This document shows positions 10,778 to 20,425 of a stretch of 64,000 nucleotides of DNA, one piece after another. The stretch covers positions 448,001 to 512,000 of the forward strand of contig CM000432.1 in the NCBI GenBank assembly GCA_000165345.1. Reading direction: 5' to 3'. The notes under the pieces are model-generated. The model made no database searches. It was given only the letters and a program-made list of their open reading frames with translations, and was not told the DNA's origin. Within the stretch, counting starts at the first letter, position 1; each line of letters begins with the position of its first letter. The position numbers were made by a program, and so were the translations under genes.

Positions 10778-12847
10778 ATGAAAATAAAATTAAATGATAC
10801 AAACAACGGGATTATTATTTTTACAAAATGTGATTCTGAAGATTTAATTATCACGAAGTGTGTCATCCAATTAAATGAAGATTTTGAACATTTTTTCTCA
10901 CAAATTACTAAGGATAAAGTTAAAAATGATACTTGCTTTAATAAGATATCAATAACAATGAATAGGAATCCATCAGAAGATGTGTCTATATTTACTAAAA
11001 GACTTTCTCTGAACCTGAAGAAACATATTGGAAATTTTATTAAGTTGAGATTTAGCCAAAGCTTGAAAGTAGAAATTAGCGTAAAAATACAAGATAATAA
11101 TTTCAACGACATTGGAAACGTGAAATTAGAAGATATTATTAATAGTCAGAATCTGGATGTTGCTAAAGTTAGTGTGGTGGCAAATAATGAAAAATGCCAA
11201 CACTTTTATTTTTTAATTAAGAAAAATGTACCTTTGATTGAATCTGTAAACATAAAAAATGAAATCATATGGGGGTTCCCAATTGTACCAAACATAACAT
11301 TTATAAAAGGGGAGTCGAATAATTTTTCATATAAGTGGTATTTACAGTATAATATAAATGAAGCAAAAACAAAACATGATATATTGCCAAATCTTCCAGA
11401 AAATGTAATTGAAATTGATCAAAATTATATTTGTGATTTGAAAGCAGAATTTACAAATAAAGAGGAAATGTCTAAAATTCTCGAGAACATTGAAAACTAT
11501 TCAATAATATTTAGAATTATGCTAAATTCTGAAATATCTTCATTATTTGACACTATTTATAGATTTAATCATATTAATAAACCGCTGGAAGCATGTTGGA
11601 GAGAAGAAAGAATAAACCGTTTTAAAGGTGATTTGAAATTAAGTCCTGAATTGAATGTTAATAGATTAAAAATAGTGACTTTCAATATTCTATCGGAAAT
11701 ATGTGCTCAGACAGATAAGGCTCTAAATGAAATGTATACAAGTTGTCCACAATATGCATTACATTCCAATTATAGAAGAAGTTTATTAGCTAGGGAGCTT
11801 ATTGACTTGAATGCAGATATAATAGGTCTTCAAGAAGTTCAGTCTTGTTTATACGAGTCGTTTATTCATATATTAATGGAATTTAAAGGATATTCAGGTG
11901 TTTTTAATTCTGACTATGCCAGTGTTACAACATTTTACAAAAGAGAATTATTTAATTTATTAGAATCTGATACAATACTTTTCAAAAAAATGTTAATTAA
12001 TGATTATCCGGAAATTGTTAAAGAAATTAAAGTAAAATGGCCAAACTTTATTGAATACTTGCTAGATAAAATTTTAACAGTATTTCAAATTGTCGTATTA
12101 GAACATAAAATTACCAATGTAATTTATGTGTTCGCCAACACGCACTTCTACTATCATCCTTTTGGGGGTCATGTTAGAATTCTACAGGCAAAGTTACTCA
12201 TGGATTTAATTGAAAAGTACCTGAAGAGATTAAGATTGAGTTTTCCATCTAAAGAAGTTTTCACCTTTTTATTTGGTGACTTCAACACGCTTGCCATTTC
12301 AGATGCTAGAACACTTTTCACTGAAGGTATTATTAACTCAAATTCATCCGAATGGATTCACTCTACACTTCTTAATTATAATAAAAAAGAAAGATCAGAC
12401 AGCAATGATGAACAATGTGAAAATGTTAATGGCCATCTTAACGAAGATGAACTCAAAAATTTAGAGTTACATAGTTTGGGTTTTGATCTTCAGACCAATA
12501 ATAGGTGTATTGATTTGTTGGATATTCATCTAGACAAAAAATATAATAATATACAAATTCGTCATAAAGAAAAAGAAAGGATTGAAAATGCTGATTCCAA
12601 AGGGTTTAGTAGTAGTTTATATTATCCTTTCACAAATAAAGTCAACCGGTTTTCTGGCCAGTTAGATTATATTTATCTAGTAGAAGAAGAAGCTTTTTCC
12701 GACAAGTTTAACATTTTTTTGAACAACTTTTTGCCATATATAGATGAAGCAGCCTTATCTCCAATTAACACTCTTCCATCACCTCAATATCCATCGGATC
12801 ATATCTCAATAGGAATTGATATTTCAATAACTAAGAATGAAAATTAA
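10778..12847 (+). CDS. endonuclease/exonuclease/phosphatase (EEP) family nuclease, CCR4/nocturnin/angel-like, with an about 280-aa N-terminal extension
   Basis: The nuclease domain is delimited by LKIVTFNILSE...IIGLQEV, THFYYHPFGGHVRILQAKLL, FLFGDFNT and a C-terminal PSDHISIGIDI. This is the EEP catalytic motif set, including the terminal SDH. Confidence 0.75.
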   Translation: MKIKLNDTNNGIIIFTKCDSEDLIITKCVIQLNEDFEHFFSQITKDKVKNDTCFNKISITMNRNPSEDVSIFTKRLSLNLKKHIGNFIKLRFSQSLKVEISVKIQDNNFNDIGNVKLEDIINSQNLDVAKVSVVANNEKCQHFYFLIKKNVPLIESVNIKNEIIWGFPIVPNITFIKGESNNFSYKWYLQYNINEAKTKHDILPNLPENVIEIDQNYICDLKAEFTNKEEMSKILENIENYSIIFRIMLNSEISSLFDTIYRFNHINKPLEACWREERINRFKGDLKLSPELNVNRLKIVTFNILSEICAQTDKALNEMYTSCPQYALHSNYRRSLLARELIDLNADIIGLQEVQSCLYESFIHILMEFKGYSGVFNSDYASVTTFYKRELFNLLESDTILFKKMLINDYPEIVKEIKVKWPNFIEYLLDKILTVFQIVVLEHKITNVIYVFANTHFYYHPFGGHVRILQAKLLMDLIEKYLKRLRLSFPSKEVFTFLFGDFNTLAISDARTLFTEGIINSNSSEWIHSTLLNYNKKERSDSNDEQCENVNGHLNEDELKNLELHSLGFDLQTNNRCIDLLDIHLDKKYNNIQIRHKEKERIENADSKGFSSSLYYPFTNKVNRFSGQLDYIYLVEEEAFSDKFNIFLNNFLPYIDEAALSPINTLPSPQYPSDHISIGIDISITKNEN

Positions 12848-13068
12848 ACGAATTTTTATTATAATTTTTTACATATTTACAAGAAAAAAAATAAGAAAAT
12901 TTGGTGTGCACAAGCATTATTTTTTAATGGATTAAATTCTTTGGTGTGTGAAAGAAAAAAAAAATTCAATTATTAAATTTTTTTTAATATCTTAATATCA
13001 GAAAATTGAAAGTGGTAATATAAACAGTTTCCCTCTTTTTTTACTGATCTTAAATCTAGAAAAAAAAA

Positions 13069-15060
13069 ATGAGTTCCACTGAGTCAAATAGGCCAATAGT
13101 ATTGGAGAAAATTCAGCTCGAATCTAGAAAAGTTTTCTCAGTAAATAATAGGAGGGCAGTAATTGAAGAAAGAAGAAATGATAGAAAATTATTCAATAAT
13201 GAATTAATGAATGGAAATTCTTTTTTTGTAAAAAGACAAAAATTAATTAATGAATTACCACCGCATCCAAAAAAAGTGCTTTTGCCAATCATAGAAAATC
13301 AATTTGTGTTCTTAGGGGGGGTTGCATTGTCACTAATTCACAAGGCTTTGATGAGTAATTTTGGAAAGAGCATGATTGACTTTATTATTTTAAGATCTAT
13401 TTTCGGGAATGGATTGTTAATATTTTTGTTATTTGAAATTCATTATTTAAAAAGAAGAATTAATATGCTATCAACTACAAAAAGATATCTAAGAGATTTT
13501 GGTTCATTGGACTCTTCAACAAACAATGAAAGCAATATCTTTGCTAGTCTTTCTAAAAAGTCAAAGCTATCCCTAATTATATGGATGTTTATTTCTAGTA
13601 TTTTTACAATATCCCAACCATTGGTAGACAAATTTTTCCCAATTCAAATAATTTCTTTGTCCCAGCCTTTCACTCCACTAATTTCCCTGATAATACTTTT
13701 TATATTTACATATAAATCAAATAAAGAATATCACTTCACAAAGTCTTCAAAGGACAAAATGATTTATACTAAATTAGGTATTTGCTATAATGGTCGATCA
13801 GATACTTCAACTAATGTTACAAACTTCTCAGCACTTGAAAGCAGCAGAATAACTGAAAATATTAAGCTTGAATCCGAAAAATTATTTCAAAGGTCAAGAA
13901 TGATTGCTGATAATCAAATTTCTTATAAAAATTTACTGATTATTTTTTTGAGCTTCATTTCACTTCTTTCAGCCACTCCAATTAAAGGAATGCTAATATA
14001 CTTTGAGAAAACAACTATCAGCTTCTTTTTGTGTGGACTTATTCCAACACTAATACTTCCTTGTTTACATGAAGTTTTTTTCCACATAATTTGTAACCGA
14101 ATCTTAAGTGAGCTATTAGCAGATAAAATTGAATCAAATCCACAATCTAACATTGTATTCACCAGAATCAGTCCGATCGATGATTTAAATAGGAAATTAT
14201 GTAATATATATATTCATCTCTTCATGACTTTAGGACAAATCTTGATAGTACTACCTACTTGTATTGGTATTAAAGCAATATTTTATTTGAAGTTTTCACG
14301 ATTAATTTCAACTGATGGAAATGTTTCCAATTTAAGCTTGATTGGATCAATTTTTGAATCTCTTTTCGACATTGGCAAGATAGAAATTGTCACCATTATA
14401 TTTTCGGTCGTTTCAATGCTTGGAATTTACCAGAGGTGTAAAATTAACAATGCGGAAACCTTTGGGTTAGCAGGACTGATGTCAGTTCAAGGATTCCAAA
14501 CACTTTTAAGCACATCATTAAAAAATAGTTGGTCAACTTGGCTAAATAATCATCTTACTGGTTTAATTTTCTCAATTTCCTCAATTGCAATATTAAGATT
14601 TCAAGATATAATTGGAACTTTGAAAATTTTCTATTTATATGCTAGATGGACTTTATATTTTAATACTCAAGTTATTGCTGGGAAGGATGAAAGAGCTTAT
14701 GAATACGAAAATATTAAATCATATAAATCAAATATAAGAATTATTGGAGGAAGTATTGATATCAATTCCAATATTGCAAATCTTCATTTTTTAGACAGCA
14801 AACCTCGCCTTTCAAATCAAACTTTGATGGATGATGAAGTTTCATTAAAATCAGATAGTGAATCTGAGAATATAAAATCATTAATTGAAGACAACACACA
14901 AAAAACATCTAATGGGTATAATATAAAAACAATCTCATTGGAAAATAAGAATCATGATAGCAAAACTAAGCATGATAATAAATTTGACTTAAAATCCAAT
15001 TCAAATTATTTCATTGAAACACCAATTATGTCTGCAAAAGTTGTTGTTTTGCAAAACTAA
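13069..15060 (+). CDS. hypothetical polytopic membrane protein (at least 10 hydrophobic segments)
   Basis: A 663-codon ORF with an ATG at 13069. It contains many 20-residue hydrophobic helices. I do not recognise a family. Confidence 0.5.
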   Translation: MSSTESNRPIVLEKIQLESRKVFSVNNRRAVIEERRNDRKLFNNELMNGNSFFVKRQKLINELPPHPKKVLLPIIENQFVFLGGVALSLIHKALMSNFGKSMIDFIILRSIFGNGLLIFLLFEIHYLKRRINMLSTTKRYLRDFGSLDSSTNNESNIFASLSKKSKLSLIIWMFISSIFTISQPLVDKFFPIQIISLSQPFTPLISLIILFIFTYKSNKEYHFTKSSKDKMIYTKLGICYNGRSDTSTNVTNFSALESSRITENIKLESEKLFQRSRMIADNQISYKNLLIIFLSFISLLSATPIKGMLIYFEKTTISFFLCGLIPTLILPCLHEVFFHIICNRILSELLADKIESNPQSNIVFTRISPIDDLNRKLCNIYIHLFMTLGQILIVLPTCIGIKAIFYLKFSRLISTDGNVSNLSLIGSIFESLFDIGKIEIVTIIFSVVSMLGIYQRCKINNAETFGLAGLMSVQGFQTLLSTSLKNSWSTWLNNHLTGLIFSISSIAILRFQDIIGTLKIFYLYARWTLYFNTQVIAGKDERAYEYENIKSYKSNIRIIGGSIDINSNIANLHFLDSKPRLSNQTLMDDEVSLKSDSESENIKSLIEDNTQKTSNGYNIKTISLENKNHDSKTKHDNKFDLKSNSNYFIETPIMSAKVVVLQN

Positions 15061-15173
15061 TAGATATTTGTTTAATACTAATAAATGCCTAGCAAATATT
15101 GTTAATATGAATCCACAAAAGTAATTTTATATATATTTATAACTTATTTTTTATTTTCTAAATTCGTTTATCC

Positions 15174-15842
15174 TTATCTATGCCCCATTGTAGGCATTAA
15201 AATTGGAGTAAATGAATGGTCTTCACTACAAGTTTCCGATAACGCCTCTTCAGATTCCTCAATAGGTAAATCCTTTATGTAATTAATGTCTTTTAAATCA
15301 TTTTGAATTACATTAATGCTTGCAATTAAATCATTAGAATCTATGAAATAATCTAGCAAGATTCTGATCGAATTTGTATTACTGAATCTTTCGCTTGCAT
15401 CATTTTCCGGATTTTCAATTTTAATAACTACTCTGATCGACTTGAAATATTGTGTTTTGTTTTTTATTGAAGAGGAACCCAGTAGACTTAACTTCATATC
15501 ATTACTAATTTTTGTTTTTTTTCCAAGTAAATAACAATTTAGATTGTGGACTTGAACAGGAATACCCTCGTGAACTATATACATCCTATGTAATCTTACC
15601 ATGATGTCTTCAGATGTGTTATTAAATCTTAAAACCAAGTGATATTGGCTTTCAAACTGGCTTATTCCATCAAAATTCACATCAATATAATATGGAAGTA
15701 AAACCTTTGTAATTTCTTCATTAATATTTAAATTTGAATAGTAATTATTTGTGGGAGAAATATGAATAATTTCTCCGCCAGTGTCAGTATAATTACATTC
15801 AAATACACCACATAGCTTTATTTCTTTATTTAATTGATTCAT
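15174..15842 (-). CDS. hypothetical protein
   Basis: A 222-codon ORF with an ATG at 15842, lying convergent with the upstream gene. It has no recognisable motif. Confidence 0.4.
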   Translation of the reverse strand: MNQLNKEIKLCGVFECNYTDTGGEIIHISPTNNYYSNLNINEEITKVLLPYYIDVNFDGISQFESQYHLVLRFNNTSEDIMVRLHRMYIVHEGIPVQVHNLNCYLLGKKTKISNDMKLSLLGSSSIKNKTQYFKSIRVVIKIENPENDASERFSNTNSIRILLDYFIDSNDLIASINVIQNDLKDINYIKDLPIEESEEALSETCSEDHSFTPILMPTMGHR

Positions 15843-16156
15843 TAAAACAATTCTTGACCAATTTAATAATTTAATAATGAAGCTAAATTTAATTTATATT
15901 TATTTACAGATGTAAATAAAATTCCAATATATATTTACTATTGGCAAATCTCATAAATATTTATTTTATCACTCGCAAATGTTTTAAATAAATAATTTTT
16001 TTTCTTTATATTGTAATTAAATCCTCAAAATTGCTTCTTTTTTCAGTGATTAAATTGATTATTATGTAAGCTTTTATAAAAAATTCTCGTTTTTTTCTTT
16101 TTGTTAATATTATTTTGGATGTGGGATTGTTTCCCTCCCCCCCTGGCTAAAATAAA

Positions 16157-16168
16157 TGCATGCATGCA
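16157..16168. promoter_or_regulatory. TGCATGCATGCA in the divergent promoter region of the AP2-like gene and the 15174 gene
   Basis: An exact read. A C-rich tract, TTTCCCTCCCCCCC, lies adjacent to it. Confidence 0.4.
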
Positions 16169-16579
16169 ATAAAAACTGTGGGAAAAATATAAATATATAT
16201 TAATTTTAAAAAACTAATTAGAGAAATTTTGAAAAAATTATATTTATATATCTCAATATGAAAATTTCTATAAATAATTATACAATATCATTATGTATCG
16301 TGGCGACGTGTAATTAATTTTGGTGGTTGGTACCCACAAAACTTTAAAAAAATCATAAGCTGACAATTTCGGCAGTCAGTTTAAAAAATTATTATTAATG
16401 GAATAAAAGTGGTGGAAATAAATGAAAAAGTAGTGGAGGAATAAATTGATGACTTAAATTTAACATTAATCTGGATTAATTAAGAGAGCTCAATTAAATG
16501 AAATTCAATTGTATGTGTAAAAAACTTATGTAAAATAAACAAATTAAATCGTTGAATATAGTTTCTGCCAAAACAAAAA

Positions 16580-19500
16580 ATGATAATAGAACAAAAAACA
16601 GGAGATGAAATTAAAAAATTAACCGGAAGAAATATTATTTGGTCTCCAAATGAACTGGGGATTCCATACTTAGGACTTTATGAGGAACATGGGAAAATAG
16701 GTAACGAAGATTACTTGAGATATGGTGTTAGATACATTGGAAATAAAGCAATAAATGGAAACAATGAAATAATAATAATAGGCGAAATTTATGGAGAATT
16801 ATTGAGTTTGGATAGCTTAGTTTTCAGGAGTAAGGAATTTGAGTATACTGAATTAAATAGTTCTTTAAATTGGATTTGGAGATATAATGGAGTTGTTATA
16901 GATACAAGAAATATTACTGGTATTCTTGGATTTATCCAAAAAACATGGAAAGAAAGTGATGAAAGTAATTGCCATCTGGAAGTTATTGATGGCAGGTTAT
17001 ATGTTACTTCAAATCCAAATGTATGTATTTATCCAGGAGATGAGTTAGTATTATCTGTAAATAACAATATGGATCTATTAATTCCTACTATTGGTGATGA
17101 AGTTATGAAATTGAGAAGTAGAAGTCGTAAGATTGAACAAAAATTGGAAAGATTTAGTTATAAAGAATCTCCAAAAAGTTGTGAAGCAACAGCTGTTTCA
17201 GTTTCATCTGCAAGCACAGTGGTCACTAAGAATAAGTCGTGTATAAATGATGAATACGATAATAATAACGTTTCTGTTCCTTATTCTTTAAATTGTACAA
17301 ACGAATATTACTGCAGTCTTTGTAGTAGAAGTCAAAATAATGCAGTTACAGGGTCTAATCATTTTTACTATGGTGAATTGAGATTTTCAACAAGAATTTT
17401 CAAAAATGCATTAGTTTTTGTTCTAGGTGAAAAGGAAAATATTCTCGGTTTAACAGAAAATCAAATTCATTACTTTGATCGTTGGAAAAGTACCAGCTGT
17501 GATAGAGAGCTTTATGCCCTCGCTTCTACACACAAAATTAGTTTTAAATCAAAAAGAGGTGTTTCAATTGAAACCATTCAAAATGAAAATGAAACTGATC
17601 AAACACATAATTTTCCAATAGAAACCTTACTTGTGAAAAACTATGTTTCAAAAAGTATCAATGAAATGATAATCAGTGAGTTTCAGCTTGTGAGAGATGA
17701 TAAAAGTCACAATTTTGGAGATTTAACAAGAAAGTGTTATATTTCCAAATCTGTTTTACTCTACTACTTTTTCGAAAAATGGATGAATGAAAAATTTGTT
17801 GGAGAATATAAATATTTGAGAATTCCAATACCCATGTTAATTGAACAGCATAGGCAATTATTATTACCCTATCCTGAAGGAATTCAATGGGATCTAGAAA
17901 CTTTATCCTGGAGATATAATATTCAAAAGAATATTGGAATATGCAAGCAGGAAATAGGAAATAATTTTTCACTGGAAGCAAGTATTAATGACCATATAGC
18001 TCAAGAACAAGAATATGTTGGAGTAAGAGTAACAAATGAAAATGACTCATTCGAACTTTTTAAGAATTATATCACCATTTGTTCCATAAAATACAAAAGT
18101 GCAAATCAATCAAAGTCTAAAGATATGAACTCTTCGTGCATTTACAACTCTAGCAGAGCAGACTGTAACATGGATTATCAGTCAAATTCAATTGGTAACA
18201 AGAAAAAGAGACAAAAGGAATTTGTAGAGGTAAAGAATAAAGAATACGAGCATGAATTGTTCGAAATGGAAGCTCAGAATATTTCAAGAAAAATTGGGAA
18301 TAGCTTCTCTGAAAGTCCTGATAATGACTTGGTTAGTATTCATGAAATTATTGATAAATGCAGTGAGATCAAAAGCATAGATCAAATTAACAGTAAGAAC
18401 AAACAATTACTTACAGTCGTTTCAGATGATATAGGGATAATTTCTCAGCAAGTTGAAATTATTCTAGTTCCTCCCTATTCTTCATTCATAAAGTTTTGTG
18501 TAAAAAGGTTAGGTTTCAGCATAACTTATAATAAAAGAAGAGCATGGTTTTCAGTCAGATCTAGAGGAGTTTTAGAAGCATTTAACCTGGCAATCAAATG
18601 GATAAAAAAACAGAAATCAATTAATGAGAAAAACCATGCTAATAACTATTTGGATTCAATAAATAACAAATGTAGCAATTTAGAAAATGTTTCATCTTCA
18701 AATAATCAATCAATAAATTCAAAATGTGGGATAAATGGGAAAAGATCGTCGTTGAAAATAGGGAATAATAATAATAATAATAATAAAACCCATTTCACAT
18801 TTACAAAAGCTGAAAATAATATCAATTTTTGTCAAGATAGTGATACCGATAGTGTTTTAAGTTTAAATGAACAAGCAAATCGTCTCAAGCCTTTACCTAA
18901 AAGAATTATTTGGGTTCCTAGCAGAAGAGTATTTATTGTTTCTTATAAACGTTTAGGAGCTATAAATCAGATGAACACTAAATCATTTAATCCTACGATT
19001 TATGGAGGAGTAAAGAAAGCATTAAAGCATGCCTGTATTTTTCAATCACAAACTGAACAATGCAAATTTAACGGCTTTGCTGATAATAGTGGAGTTACAG
19101 AAGCAAATTCATCATATTCAAGTGTGAAAAACAAAATAGATAGTATTGATGAGAAAAGTAGAATGGAATCATCGCTGAAGCCTCTCAATTATTGGGTAAA
19201 AAGTATAGACTCTAAAGTTTCTCCTGAAAAAGTTACAAGCGCTTATAGAGAAGCAGTGTCAACATATCTTACACAATCTACTACTTTTTCTCAAAATAAT
19301 ACAACTTTAGGAGGGCCGGAGAACTATTGTGAAATTGACCTAGAACAGAATGCTAACTTTTTATCTTTAACCCCAAATTTGGAAAGCTCGCAAAAAGAAT
19401 GTATTGACGGCTCATATACTGCTGAAAATGCCCAAAATACTAATGAAAATGTGGATTTTCTTGAAAGTCAAGTTCGAATGAAAATGGATGAAAGCTATAT

Positions 19501-20011
19501 CAATAACTTTAATACTGACTATGCTTTCTCTGGAGAGCCAAATGCATTACAAACAATGAATGAGAATTTGTCTCTAAATAAAGATTTTGAAGCTAACGAG
19601 GCTGAGTATTCTCAGAATATTGAGTTCAAGCCCTTTAAGATGTACTATGACCAAGTGTTTATAAATAAAGACTCCGCGTTAAATATGATGAATATAGATG
19701 AAGTGCTCAATCTTTACAGTTCCAATGGTAGTAATGTACAAAATGATTCAACAGATGGGCAAACTGTCATTCTTGACGAGGAAATATGTGGTACAGAGAA
19801 TCTAATTGGCCAAGAAAGCCTTTGCAATTCAAGCGTTGCAGACTATATGAATTCTTTTGAAGATTACAAAATCTCCGAGCCATTAATTTCAATTAGCGAC
19901 CCTTACACAAATATAATGCACTTAGATGACCCCCCTACTCTTCACGATCAATACATTAAAATGGTATCTCCATATGAATACATCGATTCGTTCACATTAA
20001 TAGAACCGTGA
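16580..20011 (+). CDS. large S/N-rich nuclear-type protein with two AP2-like (ApiAP2-type) putative DNA-binding domains
   Basis: A 1143-codon single ORF. Segment 1 is GFSITYNKRRAWFSVRSRGVLEAFNLAIKW and segment 2 is RIIWVPSRRVFIVSYKRLGAINQMNTKSFNPTIYGGVKKALKHA. Both resemble the AP2 core (W..W/F..FSV..yG...A..LAi), but segment 1 is shorter than a canonical AP2. A (AAT)7 poly-Asn run sits inside the gene. The stop is TGA. Confidence 0.45.
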   Translation: MIIEQKTGDEIKKLTGRNIIWSPNELGIPYLGLYEEHGKIGNEDYLRYGVRYIGNKAINGNNEIIIIGEIYGELLSLDSLVFRSKEFEYTELNSSLNWIWRYNGVVIDTRNITGILGFIQKTWKESDESNCHLEVIDGRLYVTSNPNVCIYPGDELVLSVNNNMDLLIPTIGDEVMKLRSRSRKIEQKLERFSYKESPKSCEATAVSVSSASTVVTKNKSCINDEYDNNNVSVPYSLNCTNEYYCSLCSRSQNNAVTGSNHFYYGELRFSTRIFKNALVFVLGEKENILGLTENQIHYFDRWKSTSCDRELYALASTHKISFKSKRGVSIETIQNENETDQTHNFPIETLLVKNYVSKSINEMIISEFQLVRDDKSHNFGDLTRKCYISKSVLLYYFFEKWMNEKFVGEYKYLRIPIPMLIEQHRQLLLPYPEGIQWDLETLSWRYNIQKNIGICKQEIGNNFSLEASINDHIAQEQEYVGVRVTNENDSFELFKNYITICSIKYKSANQSKSKDMNSSCIYNSSRADCNMDYQSNSIGNKKKRQKEFVEVKNKEYEHELFEMEAQNISRKIGNSFSESPDNDLVSIHEIIDKCSEIKSIDQINSKNKQLLTVVSDDIGIISQQVEIILVPPYSSFIKFCVKRLGFSITYNKRRAWFSVRSRGVLEAFNLAIKWIKKQKSINEKNHANNYLDSINNKCSNLENVSSSNNQSINSKCGINGKRSSLKIGNNNNNNNKTHFTFTKAENNINFCQDSDTDSVLSLNEQANRLKPLPKRIIWVPSRRVFIVSYKRLGAINQMNTKSFNPTIYGGVKKALKHACIFQSQTEQCKFNGFADNSGVTEANSSYSSVKNKIDSIDEKSRMESSLKPLNYWVKSIDSKVSPEKVTSAYREAVSTYLTQSTTFSQNNTTLGGPENYCEIDLEQNANFLSLTPNLESSQKECIDGSYTAENAQNTNENVDFLESQVRMKMDESYINNFNTDYAFSGEPNALQTMNENLSLNKDFEANEAEYSQNIEFKPFKMYYDQVFINKDSALNMMNIDEVLNLYSSNGSNVQNDSTDGQTVILDEEICGTENLIGQESLCNSSVADYMNSFEDYKISEPLISISDPYTNIMHLDDPPTLHDQYIKMVSPYEYIDSFTLIEP

Positions 20012-20230
20012 TTTTCTATGCATATGGTTGTAGAAATATAAATTATACAGTGAGTTAAAAATCAAACAAATGGATAATGCTTATGTTGAAAATTGAAAAA
20101 TAGAACTAAAATTTACTAATTTATTTGTAAATATATGTCTTTAGTATGAAAAGTTCGTTTAGCTGGAAATAAGAGAATAGAAAATTAAACGTTTAAAAAT
20201 TGCTCCACCAGCTTTGCCAAACACATACTC

Positions 20231-20239
20231 GGCGCCAAT
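20231..20239. promoter_or_regulatory. E2F-like site GGCGCCAAT (reverse complement ATTGGCGCC) upstream of the AMP deaminase gene
   Basis: An exact read. The same 9-mer recurs at 26565 and 62569. Confidence 0.45.
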
Positions 20240-20425
20240 ATAAAGACAGTGCATATATATATTTTTGACCTAAGGAGAGAATAAATTAGTTTCCATTTAG
20301 TTTTAATTCAAGTCGAATCCCTTTGAATTGTAAATACTGAAAAATCTCGGGAAATTCATACGTTTAACAGGTATCAGCATGCATCTTAAGGATAATCTGT
20401 AGTTGAACTTTAATTCAATTGAAGA

